From positions 8,742,001 through 8,806,000 of the forward strand of contig CM120641.1 of NCBI GenBank assembly GCA_051362555.1: a DNA stretch of 64,000 bases. The letters are read 5' to 3'. The number at the start of each line of letters is the position of its first letter. The first letter of the stretch is position 1. The DNA comes from Lingula anatina (taxonomy: Eukaryota > Animalia > Brachiopoda). The translations under genes were made by a program, and so were the position numbers. The notes beneath the pieces were generated by a model that worked only from the letters and a program-made list of their open reading frames with translations, was not told the origin of the DNA and ran no database searches. Below, in pieces: positions 1 through 13,274 of the stretch.

Positions 1-3000
1 CCAAATATGATTAGAAAAGGGAAAATAAAAGGCCTGTGCAGCTTTGGGCCCAGCATAATATCAGATGTCCATAATAAGCTTCATGTAGCAGAGATTTTTC
101 AATAAAGCAGTTAGCTGGGTTGAGTTAGGAAAAAATCGATATAAGAATTATACAGACATTCAATACAAATTTTGATGTGAGCTGCAGTGTCAGACTGTGC
201 TACAGCTGAATAGTCAAGCAGGTTGTTATTTGGGGCAGGATTTAATTTATTTCTGGATATACAATTGTTTGCTGTTAGGGATGGGAATATTGAGATATAA
301 AACCTGTCAGTAATGGTATACATTTTGCTTATTAGTATGGTATTCACAAACCCCTGTCATTGTGAATAATTTTGATATTTGAATATGAACTGATGTAGAA
401 GTGTATGCTCTTCACTAAGTGACCTAGGTAATAATAGATCTTATGGATTGTAAACATTTATACTTAAAATAGTACATATAAAGTTCATTATGTATACAAA
501 GTATGGTCTGTTTTGGTGAACCTTTTTACAGTATTTATTCTCTTGGTTAGACTAAAAAAAGAAGTGAATAGATGATAAAATGAGTGCTCTAGATGATAGT
601 GATTTTGGCCACTGTTGGTAAATCACTTGGTATGTTGTTAAGAATAACAATAAAGACAGCTTAAGTGCATAAAAGGAGTTCTGTAGGATAAAATTGATGA
701 AATTCAGTTGAAGTTGGAAGCTCATTTTTCCTTATTAATCTTTTTAAATGTTTATATTTATGTTTTGTAAGAAAATTGAAATATAATGGAAAGCATTATA
801 AACAGGAGCACAAGAGGGGTGAGATCTATATAAGTGACCATATTAATGTAAATATGAAGTACTGTATTTGGTATATGGCTTAGATGCACAATAAGGTAAC
901 TTTAGTAAATTGAATGCTGTTTGAACCAAGATGTTTCATTCCATTTTATTATTATACATATAAAGCAGATTGGTTGTCTCTTCCACAGATATTTGCATGG
1001 AATATTAACGCAATATCATTACAAGCTAGAAGGAAATGCAATATTGAATGTAGAAGAACTAATCCTTTGCTTAGCAAAGATTTGTTTATATGGAAGTTCT
1101 CCAATGACATGCTCCATAGTACATAGCACAGATGTTGAAAAAGGTGAGGCAAACATTTTCCACAGTTGAACATGATGACATACTGCAAAAGGAATCTGCC
1201 ATTATCATTTTGCTCTTTTTCTTTCTCAGACGAGAAAGGAGTTCAGATACAAGTTCTTCCACTGCTGCCATTATCATATGCAGCTCTGTAAATATATGAC
1301 AACAGAAGTAGGTCATACTGATACAAAACATGTTGCTGGGTGGAAAGTGGCATTTATTGCTGTCTTTTGTGTGCTAGTCTATAGGTTTTCTGTGCTCTGG
1401 ATAAAGATGGTTCATATATGCACATGGTAATTGCTCTGCATCTATGTAAAAAGGATGTTGAAGAAAGGAACAAAAATGGAATTTGACTCATGACTTTGTT
1501 GGGAGATTGCCCCTTTGCCATAGCGGTAGAGCTTTGTCTATTTGGGAATCTCTTCCCATTTCAGGCATCGTGGTATTCATACTATGAAATAAAAATCTCT
1601 TAATTTTTTTATTATAAGTATCCTTTACTAGATGAAGTCAATTTTTAAAATCGACTTTGGATAGGAACTTGAACCTCACTCTTCATTCATTATTGGTGTA
1701 GTTTTCCAGATAAAAAATTGCCTCATAAGCTTCTTTGGGATGAGAAATTGGCTGAATGATTTTGTGAAGATAAGATTGGTCCTTACCTTCAAGGCTTGTT
1801 ATTATAAGGGATTTGCAAGATAGATGTAAATGTGCCGAAGTCCTCCTTGAACAAATAAGTTACAGGTGGACCCATATTGGTAAAGATGCACCTGCTGGGT
1901 AGGCCTAAGCACAGTGGCATACAGGCACTAGCTAGCACATGGTTATGGTAATTACTCAGGCATTTTATTTCTTTCAAAGGCCCCAGGATTCATAAAATAA
2001 GTTACACCCAAACTCATTTCCTACTGGAACACAATCCTTCTTTTGTAAGTTTTGAAATAAATACTTGAGAATTGTCAAGAAATATTTTGTATATTGTAAA
2101 ATAATTTTGCTCAAATGTTGTGAGAAATCAGTTTTAATATTAGGAAATATCCCATGGCCCTGTGAAATAATACCTTCTAATGATCTTGATCCTGTCCTTT
2201 GGAGAGGATTTTTTTTTCACCTTTAACTATTCTCACCTGCATGTGACCATAGTATTCAGCATTTTATGAGGCATATTACTAGTGAAGTTGAGGCTGACAC
2301 AACTTCATTAGTATGTTCAATCCTAGCAGATTGTCTGCAAACCATTAGTCCACGTAGATAGCTAATATAATCCCTCTTTTATTCTGCCTACCATCATTGT
2401 AATTAATGGAAGCCACACTGGTATGGTTCTTAAGCTTTGAAATTGGAATTTGACATTTCTGCTGAGATGGTGTTTACTACATTAGGATGGTTTAACTAGT
2501 ATAGAATGCAACTTTATACTAAAACATGATGTGAACCGTGGACAAAATTTAGTACCAGACTGATGGCAGGGATTGTAGGCATCTTCGATTCTCCTATCTT
2601 CTATCTTTATTTCAGTGATGGGGATATCTTTGAAGTCAATAATGAAAAAATAGATCTTCATGAAATACGATTCTAGGAACTTATCATTTTGATGTTTGTT
2701 TTACTTGATATGAAGACATACAGTACTCTTTCCACTGCCTTGTACTTCATTTATAGATCTATATATTTTTCACATTGCTTATTTTGTTGGGCAAGTTTGC
2801 ATTTTTACCCCATTGCTACATCCAGATTCCTTATTACCAGCAAAGCACATTCATCACAAATGTCATCTCTTTAAAAATATTTTTTAAACATCTGTCACTT
2901 TTTTTTTGTTTTGTTTTGTTTTTGTAAACCTTTTTTTAAATTTGTGGTGCATGACTGTTGCGTATATTTAACCTTTCTTTCACATCCTGCTTTGTAGCTG

Positions 3001-3042
3001 CTTCTTACTTGTTTTTTTGTTGTCTTTTTCTGTTGTTTATAG

Positions 3043-6000
3043 CTGGTAAAGCCCCAGGTACCCCTGCAGTAGATCCTGTAGCCAACCCAGCCAGTTCTGC
3101 CCTTATTTCTATGTCGGTGAATGCAAACCGAGGTAAGCTTTATAACTGTTGGAGAATTGGCCGGTGGTCCATTGTTAGTACTTCCTTTCTATATCATATG
3201 AGTAGTACATTTAGATAACCTGTTTTCCTCAGTGAGACAGATAGATGGACAGTTTCGCCATTAAGAAAGATCCAGTGATATTTAACTCCTGCCAATTTGA
3301 CAAAGAAGACAATATGTGTAGTGAAATAGTATACACAGCTATTAGTACTTCAGGTTCCTGTGAATGTGTTTGTCATCTGGGTAATTTTCACCTTCCTATT
3401 TCAATCATTACACACCACCACCAACAAAATGATTTTTGTTATTATTGGAATATTTCTCATATGCTGCAGCACCAGAATTTATACATTAGCACAATATAGA
3501 AGGTCTTCAATCTAACTTTCTTTAATGTTGTAATATGAAAGTGGGTCAGACGGTATCTTCTGGTAGGGAATTTATTCTTGAACCCTGTTTATTGGATGGA
3601 TATGAAGTGCATGGCATTTAAGATGGTTTTTTTATATTTGCATGACTTCTATTCAATTGGGCTTAAGAACGAGCACATACACTGTAAAATAAAAAAGATG
3701 GAAAATTATTCTAAATGGGATATATCTGCTCCGAGTTACATGTGGGTAAAATGCTAAATTCATGCAAGCTCGCATAGGCATTTACTGCGAAATGAGTGTG
3801 TTTGACTTTATGTATGGAAAGCTTCATGTATGAGCATATAAGGATGACTCAGTCTGATACCAATCAATATTGACTTATAGAGAAATCTCTTCAGTTTGTG
3901 GTCTTCAATATGAAAATGCAGTGTGCTACTGTGTGTATGTATAATATGCTTGCATCTATTTGACCTCATCACTGCAAATAGACTACCATCCCCTTGACTT
4001 TTGTGTAATTTAGGAGATTGATACTTCATTCAAGCCGTCCTCCATACAAATATTCATTCCCCTGCAGAAGCCATACTGAAAAACCAAACTTGATATGTAA
4101 TGCTCTTACACAATGTACCTTCTCCACATTTCTGGCCTCTCATGTAAGTGTATTTCCAACCTTGATCTTTGTATTCTGTAGTGTAGGCAAAGAAGTTTAT
4201 ATTTAGTCTAGTGTAGGCTCAGATAAGGTGTAATATTTCAGCAATCTTGCCAGTCAGTCTCCATCCCAGCACCACAGATTCTGTAATGAAACTGTTTATC
4301 CTTGGCACTTGTCATTTTGATGCATTGTAAGGCAGATAGATAATCGATATCATTGACATATTTTTTTTCTACAATGGCAATTTCTCTTCTTCCAGGCACC
4401 ATGAATCAGTATCTGGACACCTCGAGGCCTACTTATATTCCTGAGAGTAACCATTTGCCCTATCCACAGCATGGACCAGCTCAGATGGTAAGTGGCTACT
4501 CGGGGCTCACACTAGTATTTTGAAGAATCTGCCTGTAGCCAAGAATAAGAAGAAACTAGGATAACCACATATATTAACTTGATGAACAGTATCATGGCGC
4601 CATAGTCTTTTGTGCACAATTGTTCATAATTTGCAGTCTATTTTTCTCAGGCCTCTAGGAAGGGGGTGTTTAAAATAAGTGTCCTTTTTTTGGGGGGGTG
4701 GGGGAGATCTGTTCTGAATCAAGAGTAAACTAAGAGGGTTAAAATGTCCAGGTTTTTTTTCCAGAAAAGAACTTCCCCTTCCCCTATGAAATTGATGGCT
4801 ACTACAAGTCTTTCTACAGATGAAAAATCAATAGAGATGTTCACTGTCATATCCAGTATTTGCATTTGTTTCATGGGAGATGATAAATAGCAGTTTTTCA
4901 TTTTCATTTTACAGGGTCCTATGGGCCATCAGATGCACTATCCACAACCTTACCAAGGTCAAGGTCAGATGATGTCACCTCATCACTATAGCGACCAGAG
5001 CAGCATGTACATGCCTCATTCCTCACAATATCCTGGACAGCAGTCGTATCCAGGGTTCAGGGCTCCATTTGGTAGTCATCCTTCCATGCATCACCCTGGC
5101 AGTGCAGATGGGATGATCCCACCATCACCCATGCATCACCATTTAAGAGGTGTGTCTCAGCAAAGTTTACAGACAGGTCCACTACAAGGAGGACTACAGT
5201 CTGGGCTACAGTCTCCTCAGCAGATTGCAGACAGCATTTATCATATGGCCTCTTCCGGGTATAGTCCAGAGGGGTCTGTGCCTAAATATCCTGGACTTGG
5301 ACAAGGTCTTGGACAAAGCCCCATGAGTAGGTCACCACATTACGGAGCTATGATGAACAGTCACCCTGGTGGACAGTCCTATAGGCCTACTTACTCTGCA
5401 TACCCAGGGGCATCACCCTCCATGTACTCTGGGAGAGGGTCATCACCCCCAGGGTCTATCCATGCTCAAAGCCCTGCCGCATCATTGCACAGTAATCATA
5501 GTATTCACAGTAATAGCCCAGGGCCTAATCAGAGTCCAAGTATGATACGCTCTCCACTGCCCTCTCCTAGTGTGGTTGGGATGAGGTCCCCCACCCAGGG
5601 ACAACCTATCAGGTCTCCTGGTCATCATTCTATGAGATCACCTCTTCATCATCCCACCCCGGCTGTTAGCTCACCAGCAACTCAACACCAGATGGCATCA
5701 CCTGCACCCAGCGGGAATATCTCATCACCCAGTCAAACTAATCATTACTCACCACATGGTTCTCTAGGGTCACCAGCTCACACCAGTACCACAGGACCCC
5801 CACATAGTTATGGGAATAACTCTCATAGTAATACTACTTCATATAGCGATTTGTCTACCTCCAGTAAGTCTGGTTCTTATCCTGGGTCTAGGGAGTCTGG
5901 ACAAGCGGCCAACCCCTTGCAGTCTTTACAAAGACTTGTAATGCTGCCAGAGGCAAGGGTTGTTGATCCCAAGAGTGTGGTCAGTGATGTTAGTGGTAAT

Positions 6001-9000
6001 GGGGGAGGAGAGGGTGGAAAAATATACGATGGGCCAAAAAACTGTGTAATTGGGACTGGCCCTTCTGAAGAGGCTAGTCCCAGGTATAATAATAATCGTG
6101 TCAGTTGTATGGATGGAGTGCATTGTGAAACTACTTCAGGGCAGGAGTCAAGTTTTGGTGGGAAAGCACAAGGCAGTACAGATAAAGTGAATCGTAGTGA
6201 TAATGTTGGTAGCCCTGAGTGTATTCCTTTAAAAAGGACAGACTTTCACCACAGCTCACCTTACAGTATTGCCGAAAATGCCACTGCTTCTTCAAACTCA
6301 AATTGCATTGGAGAAGAAAATGTGCAGGCTGATAAATCTGCCATTGAACCACAAAATCATCGTTATTCTCAGGAGAATCATGTGACTAATGGTCCAACTA
6401 ATAATGATACTTTGAAAAGTTCCAGAGAATCTGAACCCGATAAAAGTAAAAAGAAAGACCAAAGCCCGGCTCCAAAAGGAAATTCCAGAAAACGACAAAG
6501 GTTTCATTCCGGAAGTAGTCACACAAGTGAGGGGAGTCTTAATGCAGATTTGATGCAAGAAAATTATAAAGATTTGCCTGGTGTAGAGTGTCCTGCAAAG
6601 CCAAAGAGAAAGTACACAAAACGGAAATCTGGTGCAAAAGAACAGATCATAAATGACGAATCCTTAACTGTTCACAGTTCAAAAAATGAATCTGAAATCA
6701 AGAAAGATGCAGGTCAAATTAAAGCCTCTAAAAGTCCCAAAAAGCGTGGCAAAAAGTTGTTAAATGATAGTACGGTACAAAATGAGCAAGTGGAAGAAAA
6801 ATTGTCACACAGTATGGGAGAAAATGGATTCTTAGAGAATATTAAAAATGGAAAAGAAGTTAAAAATTCTAAAGGAAAAAAGAACCTAGACTCCATTATG
6901 ATAGACAGTGATGATTGTCTAGAACTCAAATCCCCATCTAAAAAAGGCAAGGGTGGACGTCCAAGAAAAAGTATGGATAAACCAAAAACTGCAAAACCGA
7001 AAGGGAGACCCAGGAAGTCTGTAGGTACTCCCAAGGGGGTTAAAAGTAACCTTGTACATGATGATTCTGGAGGGAATATTGATGTTTATGAAATGAATTC
7101 AGATTCTGAGTTAGATATCTCGGAATCTGTTGAACCTGATTTTGTTCCCATGTTCCGTGTTTCAGGAGTAGTGAAAACTTACGAAAGGACTCCTCAGAGT
7201 ATTTATAAACCAAAGGTCACAAGCCCAGATCATTGGAATAGTGTCACAGGGGATCAGGCCACACCAGTGAACCCACAAATTGAAATGCCCAAACCCAATA
7301 AAAAGACAAAAGAATCCACAAGCAAGTCCAAGAAAGCTGTGAAAGGAAAATCATCAGATAGTTGTGAGGAGGCTTTGTCTGCAGAAAAACTCAAAGACAG
7401 TAAAAAGGGATTGTCAGAATCCATTCATAATGTGTCATTAAATAACAGTGCTCCTGCCTTATCAGATTTGCCTTCCTCAGCCAAAGGGGCTAAGAAAAAT
7501 GGTGCCAGAAAACAAAAGGTTAAGTCCTCTGACTTAGCAGCAAATGACAGTGGTAAAAAGAAGGTGAGGAAAAAAATAACTCACCAAGTTTTTTCTCCAG
7601 AAACTATCGAAATCCCTGATGTGTTATCTTTTGAGGATGAAGGTGAAGATAGAGAAGTGTCATCATCCAAAAACAAATATACCAAGAAGCAGGCATCGAA
7701 AAGGCCTTTGGATAAAATAAACAAAGTTGCCAACAACAAGTTCAATGATGAAAAGACTCTTAAAGACGAACTTGAGGGAGATGCTTCTCTGGAATTTGTA
7801 GAATTAAGTAAGGACAACAGAGATATTGGAAAACAAAAGAGAATAAGAAATCCATCAAGTAAAAAAAAGTCACCTGGAAAGAAAGCAACTTCTGTTGAAA
7901 AACCAGAGTCCATTGATCAGACAGTGGAACCAAAAGTTGGTGAAAATGATAGTCATGCACAAACTGATGTCACCAGTTCTCAATTGGATACTGCAGTAAG
8001 GTCTACAACAGAGCCTATGTTGGACACTTCACATCCAAGCACGTCGCAAGATAGTAGTTTTGCTACACCTGCTAGTACTGAACCAGTGAAAAAGAGACGG
8101 GGCAGACCCCCAGGTAGTAAAAACAGCACACCAAAAAAGGAAAGATTGAAAAAGGACATCAAAAAGGGACGCAAGAAGAAGGGCCAGGAGGATGTGTATG
8201 ACTTCAACACGGACAACGAGGAACTGAAATCATTGAAGTTGAAAAGAACATTTGACATGATGTCAGGGAAAAAGAAACTAAATGCATTAAGTTCCCACTA
8301 CCAAGGACCTTACATTCACCTAGAGGGGGACCCCAGCCATCCCACCTTGTGCACTGTGGTGAACACACCAGAGGACAAATTAACTGCAAAATCTTCCAAG
8401 AGACAAAAAACTGTGGCAGCAGTTGTTAACTCTGAGGCTGTGCGCACATTAACTGAAAAAGCTGCCATCATTCCATCATCAGTGTGTGCCCCTACTGATT
8501 GGATATGTGCCTTGTGTGGTAAAGGCACCCATCATGATGGATTAGGTGACCTGTATGGTCCCTACTATCCTGAAGGGGCGGCTCCAGAAGAGGAGCCAAA
8601 ACCACCCAAACACAGAAAGCGACGCGACTCTAATGCCTCTGTAGAGAGCAAAGAGATGAAAAGGCGTAAATCTATCAGTAAAGATAGCATTGGATACAAA
8701 GACTATTGGTTTCACGAGGATTGCATCACATGGTGTGATGGTGTCTATCTCCTTGGTAACAAAGTTCATGGATTGGAAGATGTTTTGAGCATTGCTGCGC
8801 ACACAGTAAGTACCATTTTAAGTGCAGATGTCTTTATATTTGTCAACAGCAATTTTACGTGATTGTTGATTCCAATGTGATGTCAAAGATACTGTTTAAT
8901 TGTCATGCTTGATTTAGTGGTTCTATGTTGAAAGTTCAAAATCCAGAAATGTAGAAAAATTATGAGAAATGAATATTGAAGCTTGATCACATTAAAGTGA

Positions 9001-9803
9001 GATATTAAATACATTTTATATTAAACTAGAATAACATGGTAAATTGACACATGCATAACTTTTTTTTTAATACAGATGTGTATAGTGTGTAAGCAACCTG
9101 GTGCCACTTTGGCTTGCTTCAACAAAGGGTGTGCCCAGAAATATCACTATGGCTGTGCTGTTGAGAAAGGTAACGAGTTTCTCAGTTGTACAAATTCATA
9201 TTTTCATGGGTCAAGTTCTGAAAATTATAGTTATTATGTAAACTTGGTAGTATTGATAAATTCTTAAGTTATGGAAGCGCAATGTTTTATTGGAGTTTAT
9301 GATTTTGGGATATGTCAGAGTTAAAAAGTTCCTCAGCAAAAAAAAATGTACAGTGTGTTGTTTGGTAAAAGTATAACCTGTATTACTATTTGATATTTAG
9401 AAGTACTGCTACCCTCAAGATCAATAATGCCTTTGTTGTCATGATGTATAGAAAATATGGTAATTTCTTACTGTGGTGATTTACCACATCTTGGGGTGTA
9501 TAAAAACTGGAAGATGCCCCCTCACTATTTTGTGGCTCTAATTTGAAATTTGATTAATGTCTTGTGTGCGTGGGAAAGAGAGAGAGAGAAAAAGAGAGAG
9601 GTATTTCGAATTAATCTCTTTTGTAACTGGAAGGTTTGTCTTTTGTGTTAGCCCGTATGTAGACTGAAATGTTCTACCCCCCCCCCCCCCCCCACTTCTA
9701 TTATCATCAATGAAACATTAGTCTTCAGAGTATCACATTTTCGTTTATTTCAGAGTGCCATTTTGATGATGACAATTTCAGCATAGTTTGTACAAAGCAC
9801 AAA
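3043..9803 (+). CDS. TCF20: TCF20/RAI1-like transcriptional regulator (AT-hooks, C-terminal extended PHD finger); multi-exon, 5' end probably upstream of window
   Basis: In-phase exons 3043-3132, 4396-4487, 4915-8805 (3.9 kb), 9076-9169, 9754-9803, all flanked by AG/GT. The protein has an S/P/Q/H-rich N-terminus and AT-hook-like motifs (GGRPRK, KGRPRK, RRGRPPG). It ends in an ePHD: WICALCGK..GLGDLYGPYY...YWFHEDCITWCDGVYL..KVHGL...CIVCKQPGATLACFNKGCAQKYHYGCA...DDDNFSIVCTKHK. The terminal exon is ambiguous (see findings). TCF20 versus RAI1 cannot be separated; this is likely a single invertebrate co-ortholog. Confidence 0.85.
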
Positions 9804-11325
9804 GTAAGAGTTATACAGTTTTGTCATAATCCATGTGTAAAAAGTTAAGCATTTAGTAAGATGTGATATGAAAGCTGTTCTTATTGTTGTTGATAAATAC
9901 CTTAGACTTGGATAAAGGCAGTAAAGTATATTCATGTAAAGTCTTATGTTATCTTCGACCAACAAGGAAGTACTTAAGTATTATGATAATTTATAAACAG
10001 ATAAAATGTTCATGAGAAGATGAAGAGTAATAAAGCTGAGCCCTTTGTTGTAGATATTCAAAGAAAGATGGTAATGGCATATTTTCAGGATGAAGAATAA
10101 AAGCTTACGAGAAGTTATTGTTATTAGATTCCATTCTGTTATTTTCAGGAAAAGAAAGTAAAAATGCTGGGAACACCCAATCCTCAAACCCCAGACAGCT
10201 TGAAAGCACTTTGACCAAACAATCAGTAAAGAAGGTATAAGGTTTATTTCATTATTGCCAGTCTAAGTGGAAAAACTTTTTAATTTTGAGTTTAAAGTCA
10301 AATGAATTCAAACTGAGTCCTAAGTGCATTTAAATGAACTGAGCAGAATTACTTTTCTTATTAAACAGTGGTCTTTGGTGAAAAAATTGATTGTGCATGG
10401 ATATTGAAAAATAATGAAATGTATGCATAAAATATTATAGGATAATTTAATGACAAAAAGGTTACAAATATTTAATGCAATTTATAAATGATATTTTAAG
10501 ATTAAACATTTTGTTCTTTGCAGGTTGATATTGTCTTCACTGGGCATCTGTGTGAGAGAAAAAGTTATGAGAAGTTTTCCCAAATACATTGTGACAAAAA
10601 TGTTGTTGCTTATGTTTTCAAGTAGAGATAACTTTGCACTGACAGTGTCATTTCCTTGCCAGGAACTCAAACCAGCTGTTTATACTACTGAAAAGTTATA
10701 CTGGTCTACAGATCAGCCCATTTGACTTTTATTTCATTTTTTTATTATTTTCAAAATCCAACTTCTCATTTATTAGAATATGTACATAATTTGGATATTT
10801 TTGTACAATATGGTAGAGTAAGTTTAAAGTCTTCTTTGGAGCTTTGAGACCATTCATATGCTGGTGTTGTTCCAGTTAGGTGTACAGGCCCTCCCCCCCC
10901 CCCCTTTTTTTTTTTTTTTTTTTTGTCAAACGTAAATCATGTGTAACAAGTCATTTTAAAATGTTTATTGTTAGCTTTGGCCAAATACATCTTTTTTCAA
11001 GACTGATGAAACTGTATAAATGTTGGAGAATTGTATGAAATACAACTTATTTGTACAAATACAAAATGCTTATGAAAAAAATATATATACAGTAAGCTTA
11101 TTGACAGATGTGTCACTTGAGTGTTTCCATTGGTGGATTCATGCATTTGCTCTGTCATAATTATATGTATGACAATTTTGTAAGTTGCTTGTACATTGTT
11201 GCTTATTTATATATGTAAACTTAGAAATGTACAAAAATGGTTACACAGACATTGTTAAAAAGCATTTGCTAGATTTATCATTTCATTTATATCATTAATA
11301 CAAGTAGGGCACTTTCAGTATCTGG

Positions 11326-11331
11326 AATAAA
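11326..11331 (+). terminator. Putative polyadenylation signal of the TCF20/RAI1-like gene
   Basis: AATAAA at the end of an AT-rich, TGTA-rich 3'UTR-like stretch, followed by GT/T-rich sequence. Confidence 0.45.
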
Positions 11332-11677
11332 GCTGCTGTTTTGTAGTTGATATGAAAGTTTTATTTTATTGAATACTGATCATGATTTACGGCACTGTTT
11401 ATTCAAGCCATTAATGTATTCAAACTCTACAGTATTTCTCTGTGAAGAAATTAAGGCTAAGTTGAAAACCTGAAACAAAACTTGCCTGCCTTTTAGTATG
11501 TAAAATCGATATAAATCATCGACTCCAGGAGGCTTGCGGTCCCTTGGTGAACGATATTTTGCTTTTCCCATTGGTTGACTCGCGGAAAATCGCCATAGGA
11601 TACTCCAAAAACGTAGGAGCAGCGAGCAAGACTTGTGAAAGTTACCAAAATTTTGTGATTGCATCCCAGTGTAAACG

Positions 11678-11861
11678 CAGAGGCGGATTTAGGGGGGAGT
11701 CAGGGGGGTCCTGACCCCCCCTCCCTTTCGGTTTCTGAAAAAAATTAGAATTTTGACTAGATGAATTATAGTTCTAAACCCTACTGAATGGCACCTTAAT
11801 TACGTCCTCCAAAACTCCATTTTTTCATGGCCCTTTAGCGGATGGCGAGGGTCCGCCTCTG
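11678..11861. mobile_element. MITE with CAGAGGCGGA termini and 5-bp TSD
   Basis: TIR CAGAGGCGGA...TCCGCCTCTG. AAACG flanks both ends (11673-11677 and 11862-11866). Internal hairpin GGGGGGAGTCAGG..CCTGACCCCCC. Confidence 0.75.
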
Positions 11862-12057
11862 AAACGGGATATATATATATATATAAACTTCAACCCTCGT
11901 AATATGGGTCTGGGAGTCTTTCTAGCATCAAGCATCGGATTCTTTAATCATGCACAGTTATCCACCAATGATTCCAACCAACTCATTCGGCATATTAAAA
12001 AAAAACTACAGCGGGTTACGAAATGTAGCCTGTAGGCCTACAGTACCATTATGAAGT

Positions 12058-12536
12058 TTCTTATAGGACACCCAACAGGACTCTTCAGGATATATACAGG
12101 ATTCCATGGGACTTAATTTCGGCTCACGGTGGGAATTCCTATAAGGAGGGTGCCATTAATTGAGTATACTTTCGTTACCCTTGAAGGCCGTGATTCGTGA
12201 ATAATCCCAATCCCGTGACACGTGAATGCAGCTTTTTATTCTTCATTATTCATGAAATGAATTCATCAAAGGCCTACTCAGTGATCCGTGATTTTCAAAC
12301 TCGTATTTCCTGCATTTTCAGTGAGATTGGGATTAGGCCCGCTTTTATTTACTGTGATTTTTTAAATTGATGTTTTATTTTCTTCTACCCCCCCCCCCCC
12401 CCCCCCATTCCCAAGAGGGAACCCCTAAAGGATTTCTACCTGGTCTTTCTAGGACATTGATATATGTGCTCTAAGGATCTATAGGATTTTTAGCCAATTT
12501 CGTTTACTAGGATCCTGTAGGAAAATTCCGTAAGGG
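12058..12536. mobile_element. Degenerate nested MITE remnants
   Basis: Decayed inverted ends (TTCTTATAGGA... / ...TTCCGTAAGGG) with repeated AGGA/TCCT motifs, and an inner CGTGA-repeat segment (about 12145-12426). Boundaries are uncertain. Confidence 0.3.
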
Positions 12537-12539
12537 TAA

Positions 12540-13223
12540 TAGAGCGCTGAAGTTAGTGTCTGGTTTCTAGTTTTCAATTTCGTTTTTCAAAAACGATTCT
12601 GGCAACCAGAAACTAGTGTCGTTTTTCAAAAACGATTCTGGCATCCAGAATGATTCTAGTGTCGTTTTACGAAAAACGATTCTGGCATACAGAAACTAGT
12701 GTCGTTTTTCAAAAACGATTCTGAGAAGCCAGAATCGTTTTTGCGGAGAGAAGCAGGGGTGGGCAGAGGGAGAGGCAACCAGCGGTGTGCGTGTACCACG
12801 ACTAGGTAACCCTCACCGCGAAAGCCGGGCAGGGTCCTTTACGGTCTCTCCTCGACGTGCGCTGAGACCGAGACGGTCGCCGATTATTGCCTACGGGGTA
12901 CGTGCAACCCACACCGCAGAAGCTTGCCAGGGTGTATACAGTGTTATGGTCTTTCCTCGCCGTGCTGGGAGGCCGAGTTGACCGCCGCTACCAGTCACAG
13001 GCAGCCTGCATAGCGGAAGCTGGGATTGGGGTTTGGATGGGGCTGGGGCTAGGGGTGGAGGAATAAGGGCGAGGGTGAAGAGGGGTAAGGTCCCCCGGGG
13101 CCTCCCATTCTAGTTTGAAATAGAATTTTTAATTCTTTTGAATTTTTAAAAAACGATTCTGAGAAGCCAGAATATCGTTTTTTCGAAAAACGACACTGGT
13201 TTCTGGTTGGCAGAATCGTTTTT

Positions 13224-13274
<51 letters not shown>

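Noticed and set aside
1618-1626. U12-type donor GTATCCTTT
   Set aside because: Preceded by T-rich non-exonic sequence, with no matching exon or branch site identified.
2277-2313. 14-bp hairpin as a possible pre-miRNA
   Set aside because: The stem is too short for a pre-miRNA and no known mature sequence was recognised.
5926-8802. Antisense ORFs overlapping the giant exon
   Set aside because: Shadows of the biased codon usage of the sense ORF; no independent motifs.
12805-12815. Telomerase RNA template (TAACCCT)
   Set aside because: Only a 7-nt match, no recognisable pseudoknot or H/ACA domain, and it sits inside a transposon.
12843-12977. HDV-like ribozyme suggested by TCCTCG loops
   Set aside because: The flanking bases do not form P3, and no nested P1/P2 double pseudoknot could be built.
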